DNA of 64,000 nucleotides from an uncultured delta proteobacterium (GTDB lineage Bacteria; Desulfobacterota; Syntrophia; Syntrophales; UBA2185): NCBI GenBank assembly GCA_963695875.1, contig CAVOID010000012.1, positions 1 to 64,000 of the forward strand, read 5' to 3'. Shown piece by piece: positions 59,630 to 64,000 of this stretch (position 1 is its first letter; each line of letters starts with the position of its first letter). The notes under the pieces were generated by a model. It saw only the letters and a program-made list of their open reading frames with translations, ran no database searches and was not told where the DNA came from. The position numbers and the translations under genes were made by a program.

Positions 59630-60155
59630 GTGCAATGGCAATTGCCTGAAGACGTTAGCGGAGTTATTTGTTTTATTGGAGTTGGCTCAAATCTGGATAA
59701 TGCTACCGAACGATGTTTGGAAGCCATCTGTCGTTTATCTTCAGTAAGCGGCACAAAGGTCTTGAGAAGGTCATCCCTTTATCGGACAGAACCTGTTGGA
59801 TTTACCGAGCAGGATTGGTTTGTCAATACCGTCGTCGAGATAAGAACGGTATTGACTCCCCGCGAGCTGTTAAAAGCCCTGCGTGAGGTGGAGGATGGCA
59901 TGGGGAGGGTAAGAGGACCGAAGTGGGGACCGCGGGTTATAGACCTGGACATTCTTCTTTACGGACAGGAGGTAATTCAGGAGGAAGGCCTCGATAATTC
60001 CTCATCCGCTGCTTCACAAAAGACGATTTGTCCTTGGACCTCTCTGCGAAATAGCGTCATATGCAATTCACCCGGCCTTCGGTGTTTCTATCCGCGGGTT
60101 AATGGACAGGCTTGATGACGAAAGTAGGATTTATCTTAGCCGGGTAAATGGATAA
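59630..60155 (+). CDS. folK: 2-amino-4-hydroxy-6-hydroxymethyldihydropteridine diphosphokinase (frameshift near 59995)
   Basis: IGVGSNL, SSLYRTEP, WGPRVIDLDIL. Confidence 0.92.
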
Positions 60156-60157
60156 TT

Positions 60158-60452
60158 ATGTTTAATCTAATCCGGTTTTTAATTATTTGTGCCCTTATCT
60201 ACTTTAGTTTATAAACTTATTAAATGGATTTTCTTTTCGCCGGTTACCGCAGACCGTGACCTGCCAAAACGTAAGGTATCAGCCATAAAAAGTGAAGATC
60301 TCGTAGAAGATCCATACTGTCATACATATGTGCCCATGAGTCAAGCTTATAAGGCATCAATCGAAGGACAGACGATATATTTTTGTAGTCAAAAGTGTTT
60401 TGAAAAATATATAATTGAAAACCCGGTTAAAAAGGCACGGGAGGCTTTATGA
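60158..60452 (+). CDS. YHS/TRASH-domain small membrane protein
   Basis: DPYCHTYVP...YFCSQKC. Confidence 0.8.
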
Positions 60453-61096
60453 AATTTTTTATAGATTCGGCGAATATTAAAGAAATTAAGGACGGTATAA
60501 ACCTCGGAATGGTTGATGGAGTAACCACCAATCCGTCACTGATTGCAAAGGAGAAAAGGGGATTTGAAGAGGTTGTGAAGGAGATACTTGAGGTGGTTGA
60601 CGGGCCGGTGAGTTTGGAAGTGGTCAGTACAGAAGCCCGGGAAATGGTTCGTGAGGGGGAAAAACTGGTAAAATTAGGCGAAAATGCCGTCATTAAGGTT
60701 CCCATTACCACAGAGGGATTAAAAGCCACAAAAATTTTTGCTGATGAAGGAATCAAGGTTAATCAGACCCTGATTTTTTCACCTATCCAGGCGTTAATGG
60801 CAGCTAAGGCCGGTGCCGCATATGTCAGCCCGTTTGTAGGCAGGCTTGATGATGTTTGTCATGACGGTATGGAAATAGTTGAACAGATCATCACGATTTA
60901 TGATAATTACGGTTTTGAAACGGAAGTTATCGTCGCAAGTGTAAGACATCCGCGTCATGTTCTTGAAGCTGCTCTCATGGGCGCTGATATTGCGACTATC
61001 CCATTTAAAGTAATTGACCAACTTGCAAAACATCCTCTGACGGATAAAGGAATAGATATGTTTTTAGCGGACTGGAAAAAAGTTCCCAAGAAATAA
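60449..61096 (+). CDS. fsa: Transaldolase / fructose-6-phosphate aldolase family protein
   Basis: [32 protein letters not shown]. Confidence 0.93.
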   Translation: MKFFIDSANIKEIKDGINLGMVDGVTTNPSLIAKEKRGFEEVVKEILEVVDGPVSLEVVSTEAREMVREGEKLVKLGENAVIKVPITTEGLKATKIFADEGIKVNQTLIFSPIQALMAAKAGAAYVSPFVGRLDDVCHDGMEIVEQIITIYDNYGFETEVIVASVRHPRHVLEAALMGADIATIPFKVIDQLAKHPLTDKGIDMFLADWKKVPKK

Positions 61097-61119
61097 CAAA
61101 TAGAGATGAACATGTTGAT

Positions 61120-61723
61120 ATGATTGGTCTTTTAAAAAAATCATTTGACCGGTTTCCAGTCACGATGGAAAAGGGGGCGCTTTTGAACTTTCCGAATAGA
61201 ATAACCCTGTTGAGGATTGCTATTATCCCGGCATTATTTTTTCTGCTTCTTTCTCCTGGCCGGGACGGGAAGCCTTGCAATCGCCATTTTATTTATAATT
61301 GCTGCGCTTACGGATCTCCTTGATGGATATCTGGCCAGAAAGTATGAGATTGTCACGGTGATGGGAAAATTTTTAGATCCCATCGCAGATAAACTTATCG
61401 TTAATACGGCGATGATTCTCATGATTCCTATAGGACGTATTCCTGCATGGATTGTTGCTGTCATTATTATCAGGGATTTTACTGTCGACGGCATCCGGGC
61501 TATAGCCTCCTCGGAGGGCCTCGTTATTCAGGCCAGCAGGCTCGGCAAACAAAAGACCCTGTGTCAAATCTTTGCCGTATCTGCCCTCATGATTCATTAT
61601 CCGTTTCTTGGCGTCGATGCCCATGTCGTAGGTACGGCAATACTTTATCTTGCCCTTGTACTATCTGTTTATTCAGGTATGGATTACTTCGTGAAGTTTT
61701 ACAGAGAAATCATCAGAAAGTAA
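61120..61723 (+). CDS. pgsA: CDP-diacylglycerol--glycerol-3-phosphate 3-phosphatidyltransferase (frameshift near 61270)
   Basis: PNRITLLR; DLLDGYLARK...GKFLDPIADK. Confidence 0.9.
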
Positions 61724-61728
61724 ATTGG

Positions 61729-62537
61729 ATGGGTTTGATTGATATATCCAAGATAGATTATTCAGCCTTCGATAACCCGTTAATTACGAGGTCTCTGTTT
61801 TATCCGCGTCCGGAGCAGGGTACATCGACAATCAGGTGGGTCTGTGGAATCTGATACTTATCCCGGTGGGAGAAGGATGTTGTTGTTGGCGCCCGAGTTC
61901 ACTCAGCCGGGATGAAGTCTGCCAATATACTTTTCTTTCACGGTAATGGAGAAATTGTAGCGGATTATAATGACATGGGGGTTCTATATACCGATATGGG
62001 TATAAATTTTCTTCCCGTTGATTATCGCGGCTATGGTCTATCTACCGGCAGACCGACTGTCACAACTATGATGCGGGACTGTCATGTTATCTTTGATTAC
62101 ATGAAAAAATGGCTGCGGGAAAACGATAACTGGTCCGTTTGATCGTAATGGGCAGATCGCTTGGCAGCGCTTCTGCTTTAGAACTGGCATCTCATTACAA
62201 AGATGAAATCGATGGTCTTATTATTGAAAGTGGCTTTGCCTATGCCGGTCCGCTTCTTCGACTTCTGGGAATTAATATGGAAGCAATAGGTCGTCAGTGA
62301 AGAACAGGGATTTCGTAACATAGACAAAATCGGCAGCTTTGATAAACCTACGCTCATTATTCATGCTGAGTATGATCATATTATCTCTTTTTCAGAGGGG
62401 CAGCCTCCTCTTTGAGGCCTGTCCGTCTCATGATAAAAAATTCCTGAAAATTCCCGGGGCGAATCACAATGATATTTTCTATCCAGGGAATGTCACAGTA
62501 TATGGAATCTGTAAAATGGCTGGTGGAAAAAGAGTGA
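61729..62537 (+). CDS. Alpha/beta hydrolase (frameshifted)
   Basis: FFHGNGE, DYRGYG, GRSLG nucleophile, GANHND. Confidence 0.85.
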
Positions 62538-62582
62538 CGTCGGCATCACTAGCGAAGAGTGAAATTAAACGAAGTTTTTCTA

Positions 62583-62611
62583 TTGACAAACATATCTGAA
62601 TTTGATATACG
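62583..62611 (+). promoter_or_regulatory. Putative sigma70 promoter for the tRNA pair
   Basis: TTGACA-N17-TATACG with an extended TG. Confidence 0.55.
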
Positions 62612-62626
62612 AAACTAATCCAATGA

Positions 62627-62701
62627 GCGGGCGTAACTCAGTGGTAGAGTGCTACCTTGCCAAGGTAGACGTCGACGGTTCAAATCCGTTCGCCCGCTCC
62701 A
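62627..62701 (+). tRNA. tRNA-Gly(GCC)
   Basis: GCGGGCG/CGCCCGC acceptor stem, CTACC-TTGCCAA-GGTAG anticodon arm, GGTTCAAATC T-loop, CCA. Confidence 0.97.
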
Positions 62702-62708
62702 TTTATTT

Positions 62709-62786
62709 GGCGGCATAGCCAAGTGGCTAAGGCAGCGGTCTGCAAAACCGTTATTCATCCGGTTCGAATCCGGATTGCCGCCTCCA
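62709..62786 (+). tRNA. tRNA-Cys(GCA)
   Basis: GGCGGCA/TGCCGCC acceptor stem, CTGCAAA anticodon loop, TTCGAAT T-loop, TCCA end; one extra T is probably an indel error. Confidence 0.93.
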
Positions 62787-62794
62787 AGAATTAT

Positions 62795-62829
62795 AAGGAG
62801 TTCACCTGATTAAAGGGTTCTCCTTTTTT
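62795..62829 (+). terminator. Putative intrinsic terminator after the tRNAs
   Basis: AAGGAG...CTCCTT hairpin followed by a T-tract. Confidence 0.55.
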
Positions 62830-63050
62830 ATTTATACGAACAACGTATAAGAATGAAATCCATTTATTGCATAATCATGTCAGAACATAGCACAGTTTGA
62901 AGCTCGATCAACCGTATCTAAATTATCTAATCCCCAAGAAGCATATCTTAAACTCACTCACGCAAAGTAGATGTGTATGAAAAATTTTCTGTCACGTCTA
63001 TAGCCTATCAGCAGAAGGTTTAATTTTATTAACAAAGTTGAAAAAAAGTA

Positions 63051-63079
63051 TTGACATGGTTCGAAGGGTATGATACGTT
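63051..63079 (+). promoter_or_regulatory. Putative sigma70 promoter
   Basis: TTGACA-N17-TACGTT upstream of the HTH gene. Confidence 0.45.
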
Positions 63080-63134
63080 CGCACCCAAGCTACATATCTA
63101 AATTAAAGGAATTAGTGACCTCAGGGGTGTACCT

Positions 63135-63362
63135 ATGATTATAGTAAAGGGGAAAACATATTATACAATTGTTGATGCTGCGGAACAGCTTGGCGTTTCG
63201 TCCAAAACGATCAGGGACTATATTCATAAGGGGATTATTCCCGAACCACCGGAAATCAAGTACGGTATAAGGATTTTGAAGCATTTTCCCCTTGAATACA
63301 TTGATTTGGCTAAACTTCATCTGGAGAATTACCGAAATACAAGAATAAGAGAAGAGCGATAA
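63135..63362 (+). CDS. Small MerR/excisionase-like HTH protein
   Basis: YYTIVDAAEQLGVSSKTIRDYIHKGIIP. Confidence 0.8.
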   Translation: MIIVKGKTYYTIVDAAEQLGVSSKTIRDYIHKGIIPEPPEIKYGIRILKHFPLEYIDLAKLHLENYRNTRIREER

Positions 63363-63432
63363 AAAACGGACCAGCACGGCATCATGATACAATTTGAAGG
63401 AGTATAGAAATAACCAAAAGAGGAGTTCAATA

Positions 63433-64000
63433 TTGTCCCGTTTGAAAGATATTACTTCTACAGAAAGACTTCTTGATATCATTCGTAATAAAAAAAATGA
63501 TATTAGTCCTGAATCTCATAGATACATCTAAAATTGACCCGCCGAAAAAACGATTCAAATTCAATTCCCCAAAATTGTCCTCTGTCCGAAAATCAGTCAA
63601 TATCGGTATCGACATCGGTCATAAATACCTAAGGATGGTAAAAGTAGCAAAATTGGCCGATAACCATTGGGAAATGCTTGCTTATAAAAGCGTTCCATTT
63701 ACCCACGCCAAGAAATCACCTGAATTCATTAATTTCTTAAAATCTGAAATCAACGAATTTTGTGGAGTCCATAGAAATGCCAATCTGTGGGCTATTATGT
63801 CTGCAGCACGGGTAAATGTACGCCATATCCATATTCCGAAAGTAGCAAAAAAACGAATTGAGAATGCTGTTTATTGGACGATTAAAAAAGAAACCCCTTT
63901 TGATGAGAAAGATACAGTCTTTGATTTTGAAATTCAGGGAGAAGTTATTGAACAGGGTGTAAGCAAATGGTTGACCATGGTTTATACGGCACCAAAGGAG
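63433..64000 (+). CDS. PilM-like protein (partial; frameshift near 63515; truncated by the window end)
   Basis: GAGGAG RBS + TTG; TSTERLLDIIR; IGIDIG, VRHIHIPKV...NAVYW..KKETPF....VFDF. Confidence 0.75.

Noticed and set aside
62709..62786. Non-canonical tRNA-Cys with an extra base between the T-stem and acceptor stem
   Set aside because: Most likely another single-base insertion error, given the indel rate of the window

Overview
Bacterial chromosomal window, most likely from a Desulfobacterota/deltaproteobacterium (Syntrophales-like; inferred from gene content and order, not verified). Single-base indels break many genes, including core housekeeping genes, so most split ORFs are read as uncorrected sequencing errors. 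Layout: (1) 1-6.4 kb: an accessory surface/secreted cassette behind a sigma54-type promoter, with an Ig-repeat protein, a degraded phospholipase-C-like remnant, a lipoprotein, a large Zn-dependent PLC/S1-P1-like protein and a PEP-CTERM protein. (2) 6.6-20.2 kb (minus strand): a Wood-Ljungdahl cluster with RACo, acsC, acsD, acsB, cooS, cooC/acsF, an internally deleted cooC, a MesB-like core MetE, fhs and an ACT regulator; its acsC-cooS core is markedly GC-rich. (3) 20.5-45 kb: a signalling and MSHA-like type IV pilus region with duplicated kinases, two pilins, a miniature PrsK/PrsR-like pair lacking the AAA+ domain, a lytic transglycosylase, a TPR protein, the MshM/G/E/L/K/J/I-like genes, PilZ, HDOD, hybrid kinases and Hpt. 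(4) 45-62.8 kb: core genes miaB, xerC, hslVU, argBDFGH, lysA, dapAB, folK, fsa, pgsA and tRNA-Gly/tRNA-Cys. (5) After the tRNAs, a small HTH gene and a second pilM-like gene cut off by the window end. The best candidates for an undescribed system are the Ig-repeat/lipoprotein/PLC-like cassette (polymorphic effector-immunity-like) and the AAA+-less PrsK/PrsR-like pair beside the pilin.
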